DNA of 61,647 nucleotides, the filler included, from Choristocarpus tenellus KU-1152 (lineage: Eukaryota > Protista > Phaeophyceae): NCBI GenBank assembly GCA_964200185.2. It is 10 parts of 10 records of this genome, joined end to end, with 100 filler letters (N's around TTAATTAATTAA, not from the genome) between each part and the next. Parts side by side here need not be neighbours in the genome. Positions count along the whole stretch, not along the records: positions 45,534 to 54,835 come from CAXNAD020003797.1; positions 54,936 to 61,647 come from CAXNAD020007507.1; 8 more parts are not named here. The stretch is one strand, 5' to 3'. The notes under the pieces are model-generated. The model was not told where the DNA came from. It saw only the letters and a program-made list of their open reading frames with translations, and did not search any database. The translations under genes and the position numbers were made by a program. This document shows positions 49,689-61,647 of the stretch, piece after piece. Within the stretch, counting starts at the first letter, position 1; the number at the start of each line of letters is the position of its first letter.

Positions 49689-52600
49689 ATGTACATGAAA
49701 TTGACAGGAGAAAGGTGGGAGATTGATCCTGATTCCTCACGTAGCCTAGCACAACTTTAATGAACAAGCGCCTGAACTTCTGAAGTATCTACCCTATCCG
49801 AGCCTGGGTTCTCCTAACACTTGAGGTGCTTCACTGTCGGCAGACATTGAAAAAATCAAATAGAGGGCTCCTTAACCCACTTCCACGTTGAAAATAAATA
49901 CTCCGGGTTAGGAACAATGTGCCTGGGGAAAGGGGAGGTACGCTTGATATCTTTGACAGTCCAGTAACGTGTAGGAATCTCTCCTCTGCTGTTGATATCT
50001 TTGAGTTGAGGCATATGCTGTGTCCCCTTTCTGACCTGGACGTGAACTCAACAATATCTGGGATGGAGTATTTGTAGCGGTTGTTCACTCCATTATCTCT
50101 CATTAGTTAGTTCATTCATGGCACGCCTCTGTAGTACTAAATCTATACCTGCTAGTACTGCATACTCAGGAGTTGCATAGGCAGAGTTTAATGCTTACAA
50201 TTGCTACAATCCGTATCACTATTGTTGCTGCAAACCCCTAATGCTCATGATCCTAGAGGTGCAACTGACGATTGCTGCTTCCTTTTTCTCCTGCCTCCTT
50301 CTTTTGATGTCTTATCCGCCCCAATTCCAACTGTTGCCCTCCCCAGACTTCCTCGAACCGACTCTTTCTTGTTGCTTCTCTTCCCAAATTTAGTTGCCTT
50401 TTCAATCCTACTGGATTCCCAGGTATTTTGAGCCTCAAAATCAGTCCAATCCTAATTCTGCCCCCATCGAAACGACTGCCCGACCCAACTTGTCCATGTT
50501 TTTTTTCCATGAACTCGAATCTTGGTCGCATGCAAATAGCCCATCCTTTCTCAAAATACATCTACAGGACACCCTCGGCGTCCATCTTAATCCCAGCTGT
50601 AGCTGCATTTTTGTTGTACCTGTCTTCTGTCCGACCCACCCTTCCCCCTCCCCCCTCCCCCCCTCCCTCCTCAGCTCAATGACAGGCGAAGTGCAACAGC
50701 TCCCGTTTGGAAGGCAGGCAAACACAGATCAGGGATCAACGGGGAAACAATCGGTGAGAAAATGTATTGTATGGTGAGACTGCGAAAAGGAGAAGCTTGT
50801 CTGACTTGGAGTAGGTGTGGAGCCGCGATGGGAGGTTGAGAGTCAGCTATTGTAGGCATGGTAGGGTCTCAAAGTAGAGTCCAGAATACAAAGCTGGACT
50901 AGTAGTATTTGTGGTATTGATTTATTACGATTTGTGCGTAAACCCCAACTCTTATGTGTGAAAGGATGTCAATGAAATCGATTTTTTCCGTACAGGGTAT
51001 GTGTACTTTGCCCTCCTCCCCAATGTATCTCCCACATGTGTATGTATACAGTTCAGGGAAAAGATGAGGGCAAACACATACTTTGAAGTTGTTTCGCTGT
51101 CGTGTAAAGTATTTATGCCACGGGATGCTCTGTAGCTGGCCAATTGTATCAAGACTGTTACCAGATTAGATGATCTCATAAAGGATCAGCCTGTAAGGAG
51201 AGTAATCCACCTCTGAGGGCAGGTCCTCAATAGGTACTCTGACTACCCTGCTATGCTACAATCCTCACCACATGGAATTGGTTGGATGTATATGCAATGA
51301 TCTTGTGACTGCATTCTGTTCAGTATTTTAATAGTTCCCAACGTTAAATGGAAGCCCTGGTGGATTCATGCCTGTGAAGAGTCGATCTTTCTGTTGTATG
51401 TCCAAGGTCTTGAGTAGACAATCATGGAAACGTTCCTAATACTACTGTTGTTGAAATATTTGGTTCAATGATAGAATTCAATCCCAAACATGGACTGATG
51501 AAGTTCCCAGCTGACTCCATTGACCAATAGTCTGGACTTCCTTCTTCCCAAGGCCCTAAGTGTTCGTCACCCTTCTTGGACCTCAGGACCAGAGCTCGAG
51601 GGAGACGTGGAACGAGAAAACATGTTCAGTTTCAGCAAGCACGATTTGGATGTGTTCGCCCTTCCTGTCAGCGGGGGAGGCGTTGTCATAGGCGAAGGGA
51701 GACATGGGCGAGGGGTAGGAGGAGGAATGAAGAGGGCAAGGTAAGAAGTTCTTGTTTCATTGCTGTGCTGTGGACCACCTGCCCGTGTCCCTCAGCAGCA
51801 GGCAGTGGTGACCCTGACGGAGGCATGAGATTTTGACTTTTTTTTTGGATTCAGTGTATCTTAGAAGGTAGAGCCGCGTCCGCTTGGGGACCAAAACCCA
51901 ATGTTTGTGATTTTGATGTAATATTTCCTATTGCGTTTGTTAGGAAGTGTCAATGTCCTTGTTCCGGATACGCCTTTTCATAGTTTTTTTATACGTTTTA
52001 CTTACTCCAAAACATTTCGGAGTAGGAAAATATCATAAAAAACGATTGAAAGCCAAGCCCCAAATGGACAAACAGGACAAAACTCGTACCCTCTAAGGTA
52101 CTTTCACTCTTGGTTGCCGAAGTGTGGCGTGGTAGGGTTGGGTTATGACTATGGGGACTTGCCTAAGGAGTGGTTCTTGGATGGAGCAAAGTGTTGCCAA
52201 AAATATTGGAAAAGATGGAGCAGGACAATGTGGTGACCAAACCTAGTTCCAAAGGTCCTACGCTGGGTGATGTAATGACCGAGCACTTGGAGTAGCTTGG
52301 TAATCAAAGGAACAGATCTACCAAATAAAGGTTAAAGCGATTTCTCCACCTAGAGCTTCCAGGAATATTTACTGTTTCTCACTTCCTAAATTTGCTGGGT
52401 ATGTGATGAAAGCGGGCAACTTCTGGTTTTCTGACTGATGAGAGACAAAGCTTGGAACATGTAGGTCGGATTGATCCTGTCACATTATTTATTTTTTTGC
52501 ACTTACTGCGTTTTGCACCTTATGGTGTGCAACGATTATACACACATATGTGCCTTGAAGTATATATATATGTATATATATATTCCTGTTCTTTGTCAGA

Positions 52601-53368
52601 AGGAATTGCCATCCAATAGGGGTATACGATGGCATATGTGATATGCATGAGTACATCCATTGCAAATGAAGTACAGCCTCCAGGATTTCCGGCAGGTGCT
52701 AGTTGCCCTGATGTTTCTCAATGTATTCGTTCATTTGAACTACCCCTGAGGCAGTGCATCAAAACAATAGTAGTACTATGGAGATGTATGATGTTGCTTG
52801 TCAGTTAGACGTATGATGCTGCTTGTCAGTTGCAATGTATACCTAAGAGAATGCCTCACCCTATGAATGAACTTTCCATCCAGTTCTGCAATCAAAAATC
52901 CAAAGGTTAGTTCCTGCACCTACCTTTCCTCTGCTGTTGACCTTTACCCAGCTGAAGAGGTCATTTATGCATGTCTATAAGCCTTCTACATGTAAGATCA
53001 ATCGGCATATACCAGGACCAATTGTAAAATTGACTGAATCAGAAGGATCCTCAGCTTTTCATGCATATTTCTTGCCTACACCAGGTACCACAATCTGAAC
53101 GAGTCCTCCACACCAGGAGTAGCAAGTGCATCAATATCCTCACAGGAACAGAGTATGAAGGGAGAACGACTGCCAGCAGCGAGTGGATCCGTTGAGTTTG
53201 ATTCGATTGCTGATGGATATGGTGTTGATGTAGGACATGCGGGCGAGGGTACAGGGGAAGAGGTGGTGGGAGGAGGGGATCGGTGTCACCCTTCCACCTC
53301 AGTACAATCCCCATTGACTGGCGAGCTGGCTACCCTTGTGAGGGGAGCACTGTGGAAACGAACAGGAG
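49689..53368 (+). CDS. Uncharacterised protein, probably entering a PH domain, 3' partial
   Basis: Frame-consistent exon chain 49689-49714 (tentative), 50675-50753, 51553-51740 and 53085-53368 with canonical AG/GT. The last exon ends LVRGALWKRTG, like the first strand of PH domains (G.L.K.G). Confidence 0.5.
51848..52109. mobile_element. MITE family A, full-length
   Basis: GATTCAGTGTATCTTAGAAGGTA ... TACCCTCTAAGGTACTTTCACTC; TSD TTG. Confidence 0.9.
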
Positions 53369-53906
53369 GTGGGTACTGATGTAGTGTTTTTCTATGTTTG
53401 ACAAAGATTTTTCCGCGATCCTTCTGTTGGAAGACAATCTAGGCGGTCATGTGTTCAGTGCATAGAGCACATTCAAATTGGCGCACTGAAGAAGGAAATC
53501 TGCTTCAGGGCATGATGATCCGAGAAATGAATGAGGAAAAGTCCTACCTTCAAGCACCCCCATGCGCCTTTAATTGTTGATTGTATTTTGATCATATGTC
53601 TAATGAATAACGGAAGAGAAGGGCACATGGCATGACCCAGGACAGAAACACAGAGTGTCTTAGCCCCGCCTCATTGACACCAGCACTGGCAAAGAGTGCC
53701 TCTGTCCTAGTGTTGGCATTCCCTTCCCTGTGACCTCAACACAGTACAGTATATGCATTGTTTGATTTTGGTAAGGTACTTGATCCAAGAGTTGAAGTAG
53801 CTGAGAGGAGTAGTGAGACACTCAATGAAGGGTGCTGACAAGGAATGCTTGCTTCTGCAAACTGATTGATGTACTTATAAGACAGCCTAAGCGCTCTCCA
53901 CGGGTT

Positions 53907-54080
53907 AACCGAAACATCTGGGGGGGGGGTCTACACCAGGGTGTCCATTTGGGCCAAAGTCAGGAAAAGTGCATTACATTATCCATCCAACGTATGCCCC
54001 ACCAAATCACCCAAATATCGCGATATGAAAAAATTGACCCCAAATGGACAGCCACCATCCTCGCCCACATACTTTGAGCC
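53907..54080. mobile_element. MITE family B copy
   Basis: Same internal sequence as 42537 and 54976; ends CATACTTTGAGCC; no clean TSD. Confidence 0.85.
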
Positions 54081-54687
54081 AGGTGTTGGACTGCACGTTT
54101 CAAAACAATTTTGCCACCAGAAAGTAGCCAGAGGGTTGAGTTTGACTCAACGGTGTGCCTCTCTAGGTTATGTTGGCTCTAAGGTGAAGTCCACTATGTT
54201 GGGTGTTTCACTAAATTTAGAAGAGTTTTTACGAGTGTTGTTCGAAACAACGATCCATCTGTTAGTCGTTAGTCTGATTCAGTCGTTTGATCTAGGGCGG
54301 GAGTCATTCCACTTAGCACCACACTAAGCATCGAAGGTCGTTGTTGTTAAGCATGGTGCAAGTCAACAATCCTTTTATGAGTGCTTTAGGGTTTCTTCTT
54401 CATGAGGATAGTAAAATTTATAACCTAATGATCATGACAACTGAAAGCAAGAGAAGTAACAATAGGTAGGCTCAGCAAACCAGTGTAGCCTTTGCATGTG
54501 ACAAATCATGGATCATGGTATTAACTTCTGCATGGCTGAGATTGAGGTGTGTGTGCAGTGGAAGTAGTGCTCAGAAGTGTATTGATTCCTCTTTACCGTG
54601 AATATTTTGCCCTTAGTGGGACATGACTAGAGTCAAGACGATGATAAGATGCACACAGGATTCCCAGTAGACTGTGCCACAGGTTTA

Positions 54688-54835
54688 GACTCAAAGTATC
54701 TGGGAGGGGGTGGCGGCTGTCCACTTGGGGTCAACTTTTTCATGTCACGATTTTTTGGTGATATGGTTGCATACGTTGGATCGATACTGTAAATGCACTT
54801 TTCCTGATTTTGATCCAAATGGACACCCTGGTGTA
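54688..54835. mobile_element. MITE family B copy, truncated by contig end
   Basis: GACTCAAAGTATCTGGGAGGGGGTGGCGGCTGTCCACTTGGGGTC ... CCAAATGGACACCCTGGTGTA. Confidence 0.85.
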
Positions 54836-54975
54836 NNNNNNNNNNNNNNNNNNNNNNNNNNNNNNNNNNNNNNNNNNNNTTAATTAATTAANNNNNNNNN
54901 NNNNNNNNNNNNNNNNNNNNNNNNNNNNNNNNNNNAAAAAGGTTGTGGGGCGGCATTGCTTAGTGGCAAGGCGGC

Positions 54976-55158
54976 GGACCAAAGTAGCGGGGGGGGGGGG
55001 GGGGGTCTATACCAGGGGGTCCTTTTGAACCAAAACAGGGAAACGTGCATTTACATTATCCATCCAACGTATGGAACCAAATCACCCAAAAATCACGACA
55101 TGAAAAAATTGACCCCAAATGGACAGCCGCCGCCACCCCCCCCCAGATACTTTGAGCC
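54976..55158. mobile_element. MITE family B copy
   Basis: GGACCAAAGTAGCGG(G)n ... CCCCAGATACTTTGAGCC. Confidence 0.85.
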
Positions 55159-55852
55159 TGCAACCCCAGTCAAGTGCACACCATAGTTGATGGACGTTAG
55201 GAGTCGATGAGCAGTGAAATGGCTAAGCCCAATATGTGAAATCCAAGGCTCACGCTAAGGTAGGTCGTTGTTACTATGAGCAGTATTTGTATATCACTTT
55301 GAGGCCACTAGGCTGCAAGTAGCCCAGATCAAATGTGTGTGATAATGATGGGAGGATGTAATCACAAAAGGCCATTTTTGATCAGAGGGAGCCAAAGTAA
55401 ATTGTACAAATCACTGCGCCCAAGAGAAACAGGCGAGAAGAGTAGCCATCTCTAGCCCCCTTGCCTCTTTGACCGCGAATCTTACCAGTAGATACGCAGC
55501 AGTAGTCAAGTCAAGGTGTGACAGTCTCAAACTTCTCTGCCATATACAATGCCACTTCACACAGATAATTGAGCACAAATCTCCACAGGAGAGATGAAGC
55601 AGCTTGTCTTGCCTTTATTTGTATTTCAGCTGCCTTCGCGTAGTTTGTCACGGTTTCAACAAGGTTGCAATGTGACTCAGACTTTCCTCGACACTGGAGC
55701 TTGTGGCGCCTTCTATGTTATACTTGTGAACAATCCTTGAGATAATTGAAGCGCAAAAATTAGTGTTTGGTGGAAGTAAGGCAGTCGTTACAGTAGCACC
55801 TACTTTGAATTGAACCCAATGTATCCCTTTCTGAAGATAGAGGAACACATAC

Positions 55853-57688
55853 CTCTCTATCCCATCGGCGTTGAATCCCTGGATGGAGCAGTTTCCACCA
55901 ACTACCACCAGAGGTTCCTGGGAAGACGGAAGGCATCCCATAGCCAAGGCACCCACACCATCTGTAAGATCCTGTTCAGGTTGTGAGAGGTTTGCAGACA
56001 GTTATGGTCTAGGATCAGTGGGAAGAACAATTCCAGTCCCAGAGCATTACGCAAGAGAGTTCCTAGCCTCAAACTCTAAATTGAATTATTGGAAGGCACT
56101 AAGGAGACTTAATTCGATACCACAACAATTTTCCCGCTCTTGACATGGTCCCTTGTTTGTCCCTGCCTAATGAAGAGTGAACCCAGTTCCTGAAAAACAA
56201 CACAAGTCTCGGACCAATGCTGATTCCCGATTGATGTGTTCTCTCCAACAGTCACCCCCTTTTCATTTGTGGAGGGATGAAGTTGGTGCCATGACCCTCT
56301 CAGCCCATACAAAAGGAAACCCATTAGTTTAGGTATTGAGGGGAATACTATGACTGAAATCTGGGATCACCATTAGCCTGGTACGTTTGTGTGCTCTTTT
56401 TTCCCTGCTCATTTTGCCATCCCAACACTCCATGCTAAAAAAAAGGTCACTCCAAAATAATCCTGCGGTGTAGGAGGTACCTTATAGAAAATATCTGAAT
56501 TCTTCTCGACATCATAAGCCAGAAGATTTGTCTCGGTCCCAATCAAGAGGGTGTCATGCTCCGCATTCTGGTCTAAAGCACCTGCTGCGAGAGCAGTGAT
56601 CTTCACCCAGAAAGGGATATCAGGGGCCGTCCAGGAGTAGAAAGCATGGTTTTATTGGAGATGCATGATAAGTATGAGGGGGGAGAAGGCTTGACTTCGA
56701 AAAAAAGTCATTACACCAACAGAATTGGTTACATCTCACACTGAGCCAATAAGATAGGTCTGTCCTGTAATTTCTACTACTCCCTCAACGTTGGCATGGT
56801 GCAGGTAAGAATAGGAACCCGTGGTATTTTCGCCCCGCCAGTTCTCAGCACGTCTTTAATCAGGATCAGGGATATTGTCGCTTGCTCAGATGCAGGGAAT
56901 ATGTTGCTTTCTTTATTAATACTAAGGAAAGGTAGTAGAAATAATTGAAATATGTTTCTAGAGGCACTTTCCTTGGGTCTTTCGGAACTGAGTTAGACCC
57001 CCATGCTGTTCATCATTCCTCTGGGGTTTTGCAATTCAAGCATACAATGCAGATAGACATGATGGCAGGTTGACTCTGGAGATTAATCGAGTTGGTGTGT
57101 GAGACATCGAAAAGATGTACCTGGATAATTGGAATGTGAGGGTATGCGAAACCACTGAGAAATGAGATATGTAGCAGTCACAAATTCTTCGCAAAGGTTT
57201 CCTGTTGATTTGTTTCAAGTCCTTGGAAACCACAAAATGTATTGAAGTCAAGCTCATTTCCCAGTTCCAGTCACGTAGTGTCCTCATACATTTGGAAGCA
57301 TTTATGTTAAACATGAACATACCACGCACCTTCTTGTTAATGTTGAGAAAGCGGGTGTCCTGTAAGCTATCAACTGGAACCTTCTCTGAACTCTGCCCTG
57401 ACCTGTCTATGTAGCTGCGCTCATGAGGACTGTGGATGAGAATCTTCCCCGCAGATGTGGCACATGTGAGGGAAGGTCTCTTGCCGTCGTCTAAGATAGG
57501 GACAAAACGGGCAAAAGTGACTCAGTGGTCCATGGAAGAACTGATTTTGTGATCAGGATGTCACTTACCCTGTCGAGCGTTCCACTTCGTCACTTCTTAC
57601 ATTTGCCGATGCAGACCAGACCCGGCTCAATTGGATTGTTGAGGTGAAACGTATAAGCAGGGGCTGTCTTGATCACTTCTCCAGTCAT
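55853..57688 (-). CDS. BBS2: Bardet-Biedl syndrome 2 protein (BBSome subunit), N-terminal four exons, 3' partial
   Basis: Exons 57688-57601, 57490-57330, 56600-56481 and 55971-55853 give PAYTFHLNNPIEPGLVCIGKYDGKRPSLTCATSAGKILIHSPH...RFLNINKKITALAAGAL...DTLLIGTETNLLAYDVEKNSDIFYKDLTDGVGALAMG...LVVVGGNCSIQGFN, matching the BBS2 N-terminus. Confidence 0.93.
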
Positions 57689-58163
57689 GTTCTCTTCGTA
57701 GAAACAGCTGGAGATCTGAAGAACACGTCACACCCTCAAGTATGGTACGGATATCGTCCCTACCAAGGACCTAACCGTGAGCCTCATTTCATATCTTTGC
57801 CAATCAGAAGGACATCTTGGGTAGGTGTGATACGAGAAGTTGATGTTCAATTGATAAATCCTTGTTGGGATGAGGACACTCTTATGTTATACTAGTAAGT
57901 GATATTCCCCCCTTGTCTCTAAACAAGAAGAGACAGATGATGGGCGAAAACTTGCGCCTGGCAAGTTTTGTGTTTCAACTGGATCAGATTTGCTATGAAA
58001 CTGCTAGATCCGAAACGGCACATACAGCAAATATTTGGTAGTCTTTGCTACATCCACTTCATGAGATATATTTGTCATCCTTCCTTCGCCAAGTTAGTCA
58101 ATACTCACTCCCATAGTACAAGCTAGCCATGTGAGGATCGTGCGCAAAGTAGGATATACAAGA

Positions 58164-60650
58164 ATGGCAATTTTGGCCAACGCACAAGGGTGGGGGTCTC
58201 AATGTAGCCGTGAGTGGACAACAAGACAATCCCACCCACAACTCGAAGCCATCGGAGGCTCCAAATTGCTAGATCCACTGAAAGCTAGGGTGCTCATTCT
58301 GGGGGGGGGGGCTCCGCTCTCATGCTGTACTTCCCATGGCAACAAGTCCATTGGTAGCTCTCCAGCTACATCTCTCACAGCCCACGTGAGGGAGTGTTCG
58401 AGTGACCCTGCCGACCTTATTCACCAGCTAGAGTGTGATCTGGAGATGCTTTTGCAGTACTCTACAGAGACAAAGCTCGGGAGGACTTTAATGCGAGGAA
58501 CTCTAGGTAGTAAGCCTTACCATGGCGTATCAATTGGAACGGAAGGCGACAAAACACTTGTCCGATGGGAACAACAAGTCAAGGGTAGACGATGGAAGGT
58601 TAAAGGGAAGAGGCGATCAACCAGGAGGAAGTCGGACGGAGAGACGAAGCTTCCGGAAAACCGGACTGCCAAAGCTGAAGAGAGACGTATTCGTCAGTGT
58701 ATGAAGAAACCTCTTGACATGGATCTCTCAGTTTCCCAGTTGCAGGTTGACAGAAGAAGATGATATTTTGCGGTAGGACTTTCAAACCCGAAAACTCGCC
58801 ATAGAACTGGAACGTCGAGTAGAAAATTTATGTCCAAACCAGGTCATACTCCAGTACATGCAATGTGTCATCATCGAAACCACGCTGTTGAGCACACATC
58901 AACCCAGATAGATACAATTATTGTCAACCCTGAGTGTGCTTATTGTGACCCTAGTGCTGAAATGTGTTTCTCCAACATTGGAATGCCTCCAGATCATATA
59001 CCCACCTACTCCAGATTAAGTTTTCACCCTATGTCACAAGACTATCTACTCTAAAACCCCTTGACCTATCCCAATTTCTTCCCCTATTATTCAATGGTCT
59101 CCCGTTTACATCTAGCGAATGGAAGGCGCTCTCCTTGCAGCCAAGCGGGAATCTGGCCTTCTCAGATCAAACCTTTATCAGGCCTTCAACAGCTCCACAG
59201 ACATCCTACAATTGCACCAGGCTGAGGATATTGCCACATCCAACCTTGCTGGACAAGCAATCCATAGTAAACCTGATATTTCCGAAGCCCTCCGTGGTAG
59301 TCAAGTTCACACCACCCATACCACTGTGGTCCAGGATTTGGACATGACACAGTCCCAATCGCATGCCTTGGTTGACCTAGAGCGCTTTGTGAATATTCTC
59401 GTGGCTGAGGAGCTTGTGGCTGCAATGGTTGATCACCTTGGTTGGGCGGGGCCTTACAATACCACTTCCAAGGCAGGAATTCAAAACGATGAACTATCCA
59501 GACATGGGGATGACCCCAATGCCGCCATTGCGGGGATGAAGAAGAGGAGAGCACAGAGCGCAGGGGAGAGGAAGGTGAAAAAAAGGCGCTGGTTGGGAGG
59601 GGGACAGCCCAAAAATGAGAAGCTTGCTGGGATACTGGGTGCTGTCTCCTTGGAAGGGGTAGAACTCAGTCGCAGCAACTCTTTCACTATGGGTGAAGGG
59701 AAATACATAGAATACAATTTGCCCAACTCACCCGAAGGAAGGGCAAGACACCAGTTGCTACCGAAGTTGAAGATCTCAGAGGTGCAAAGGTCGGTTGGCA
59801 AGTAGAAGATTTATTTTCGCTAATATCAGAGCTCAATCTTCAACACATAAAAAAAATACTGTACAAAGTAGTGCAGGAAAGGCGATGGTTAACAACGGTC
59901 AAGTGGACCAAGTTCCAATAAAATGGGAGCAAGAATCCTGACAAATGTATCAAGGGAATAAATTATTTTGCTTGATCCATTGTAGAGTCTAGTGAAGGGA
60001 ATCCTGACCCTAGATATATCCTCCAGAATTTCCTAAACAGATCGCTACGATACGTCCATACTTGTCCTTTGCAGTGACGCATTACCTCTGCCCTTAGCTT
60101 CACACAGAACCTCAACATCATCTCAACAGTATCCATCTTACCACAGCACTCTAATCCTTCACACCTTGATTCACGAAATCTCTTTCCTCATCTCTCTCTT
60201 CAAAGTCGGGCAATATTGCACACACACTACGAAGATCGCTTCTGCTCACGAGAAACTCCTCATGTTCTGCGACGAGGTAATCTCCCTGGGGGGGGGGAGA
60301 TCACCCGGCAGGCCATCGATGAGCTCCGCCGTCAGCTAAAGATCACAGACACTGGCCTCGGGGAATTGAATGCAAGAGTCAGGGGAGATGTTGCATGGGT
60401 ACAGGGGCACATTCCCCAAGCCCGAATTCCAGGTAGGACAAGGTCATTGTGCCACAGGTGGGGTGCGGAGAAGGTTGCTGAGCTGACCAGATCGTGGGAG
60501 CTAAGGGCCCTGGGTAAGGCATTGCTCATGTGGGTCCGGTGTCACCAACATGAATTGAGCGAAGAGGCTGTGCGAAGGTTTCTCAAAGTGAGGGGGGCGG
60601 CAAAGGCTAGGCGTCTCTTGGAGGGCTGGGCCGAGCTTCATGCAGCCAAG
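58164..60650 (+). CDS. Uncharacterised coiled-coil protein with possible Sfi1-like helical repeats, 3' partial
   Basis: Exons about 58164-58745, 59116-59789 and 60206-60650 splice in frame (CAG|CGA; AG|T). Third exon has LGKALLMW and ARRLLEGW segments reminiscent of centrin-binding repeats; the family call is weak. Confidence 0.6.
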
Positions 60651-61122
60651 GTGGACAGGTTGTCAGCATTTCTCATATTTTTTGTATGAACTGCTCGTGA
60701 TTTTATTTTCAAATTCCAATTTTAGCTTTTGAAAAATTTCATCTTATGATAACTAAATATTGGATCATCTTGATCGTTTTGCCGCACTCAAACTACTCAA
60801 AGATACTTGAATGGGGAGCGGTCTAGTCCTTGTTTTGGAAGTTAAAAGCAAATACTCTACCCCTATCATTAAGAAATGTACTCTGGAATATTTCCTTCGA
60901 GGCATTGCTGTCAAGGACTTGAGTGATGAGATATTGATGCAATGTAAATTATTACAGGAAAGACAAATCACACTGACTGAGTGTGACAAGAGCACACTGT
61001 TCATGGTTCAAATATGATTTTTCACATTTTATCCCCTCCCTCTCAGCATATATTTTGTAATGCAATTGATACACGATAAATCACATCCGTTTTTCATCAT
61101 TCAGAATATTGGTATGACGTAC

Positions 61123-61300
61123 GGCTCAAAGTATCTGGGGGAGGATTGGCGGCTGTCCAAATGGGGCCATTATTTATTGTCACGATTTTTGGGTGGTTTG
61201 GTTGCCTATGTCAGATGGATAATGCATGTATACTTTTCCTGATTATGGTCCAAATGGACACCTGGTGTAGACCCCCACCCCCCAACAGATACTTTGGGTC
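61123..61300. mobile_element. MITE family B, full-length
   Basis: GGCTCAAAGTATCTG ... CAGATACTTTGGGTC; 3-bp TSD TAC. Confidence 0.9.
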
Positions 61301-61365
61301 TACAGCCTGCATTGTGCTGTCGTTTTTCTTGTTGAATCTAATAATATGCTGTCAAGTTAAATGTT

Positions 61366-61472
61366 GAGTCAAAGTAAGCGAGAGGTACCCAGAGTTGCAT
61401 TTTAAGGATCTCAGCAAATGTGTGCCAAGTTCGTTTTTTTTTTACAAAAGCAAGTAGAATATTTTCCGAATT
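61366..61472. mobile_element. MITE family C left part, followed directly by a family B copy
   Basis: GAGTCAAAGTAAGCGAGAGGTACCCAGAGTTGCATTTTAAGGATC matches the C terminus. Confidence 0.7.
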
Positions 61473-61642
61473 GGCTCGAAGTATCTAGGAGGGGGTGGCA
61501 GCTGTCCATTTAAGGTCAATTTTTCATGTCGCGATTATTGGGTGATTTGGTTGCCTACGTCGGATGGATGATGCAAATGCACTTTTCCTGACTTTGGTCC
61601 AAATGGACACCCTGGTGTAGACCTCCCCCCACCCCACCCCCC
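61473..61642. mobile_element. MITE family B copy at window end
   Basis: GGCTCGAAGTATCTAGGAGGGGGTGGCAGCTGTCCATTT ... CCAAATGGACACCCTGGTGTAGACC. Confidence 0.85.
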
Positions 61643-61647
61643 TATGC

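Noticed and set aside
50930-51540. Protein-like minus-strand frame (VRVPIEDLPSEVDYSPYRLILYEII...) in an intron
   Set aside because: Probably a decayed insertion, but no family could be assigned.
4771-54935. Recurrent TTAATTAATTAA palindrome between N runs as a biological repeat
   Set aside because: Fixed 100-bp design with six-frame stops; an artificial contig joiner.
57988-58002. X-box-like motif TTTGCTATGAAAC upstream of BBS2
   Set aside because: Imperfect match, and RFX factors are not expected in stramenopiles.

Overview
Eukaryotic draft-assembly window made of 10 contigs joined by artificial 100-bp linkers (44 N + TTAATTAATTAA + 44 N), so adjacency across linkers carries no meaning. 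Gene content and architecture (intron-rich genes, BBS2, GT48 callose synthase, class I fumarase, TTAGGG repeats) suggest a flagellated stramenopile, possibly a brown alga or relative; this is inference. Host genes, all partial: a RanBP2-zinc-finger/FG nucleoporin (-), a 19-exon stretch of a 1,3-beta-glucan synthase (+), a class I fumarate hydratase (-) head-to-head with a probable PH-domain gene (+), and BBS2 (-) head-to-head with a coiled-coil/Sfi1-like gene (+). Mobile DNA: a spliced, frameshifted DUF7869/Sola1-like DDD transposase gene and a dense clan of three related MITE families (about 19 full or partial copies, short TSDs, nested insertions). Other patterns: many short interstitial TTAGGG tracts, minisatellites at splice sites, and strong CpG depletion in gene bodies. 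No rRNA, tRNA or CRISPR array was recognised. Exon boundaries were read by eye from GT/AG sites and frame consistency.
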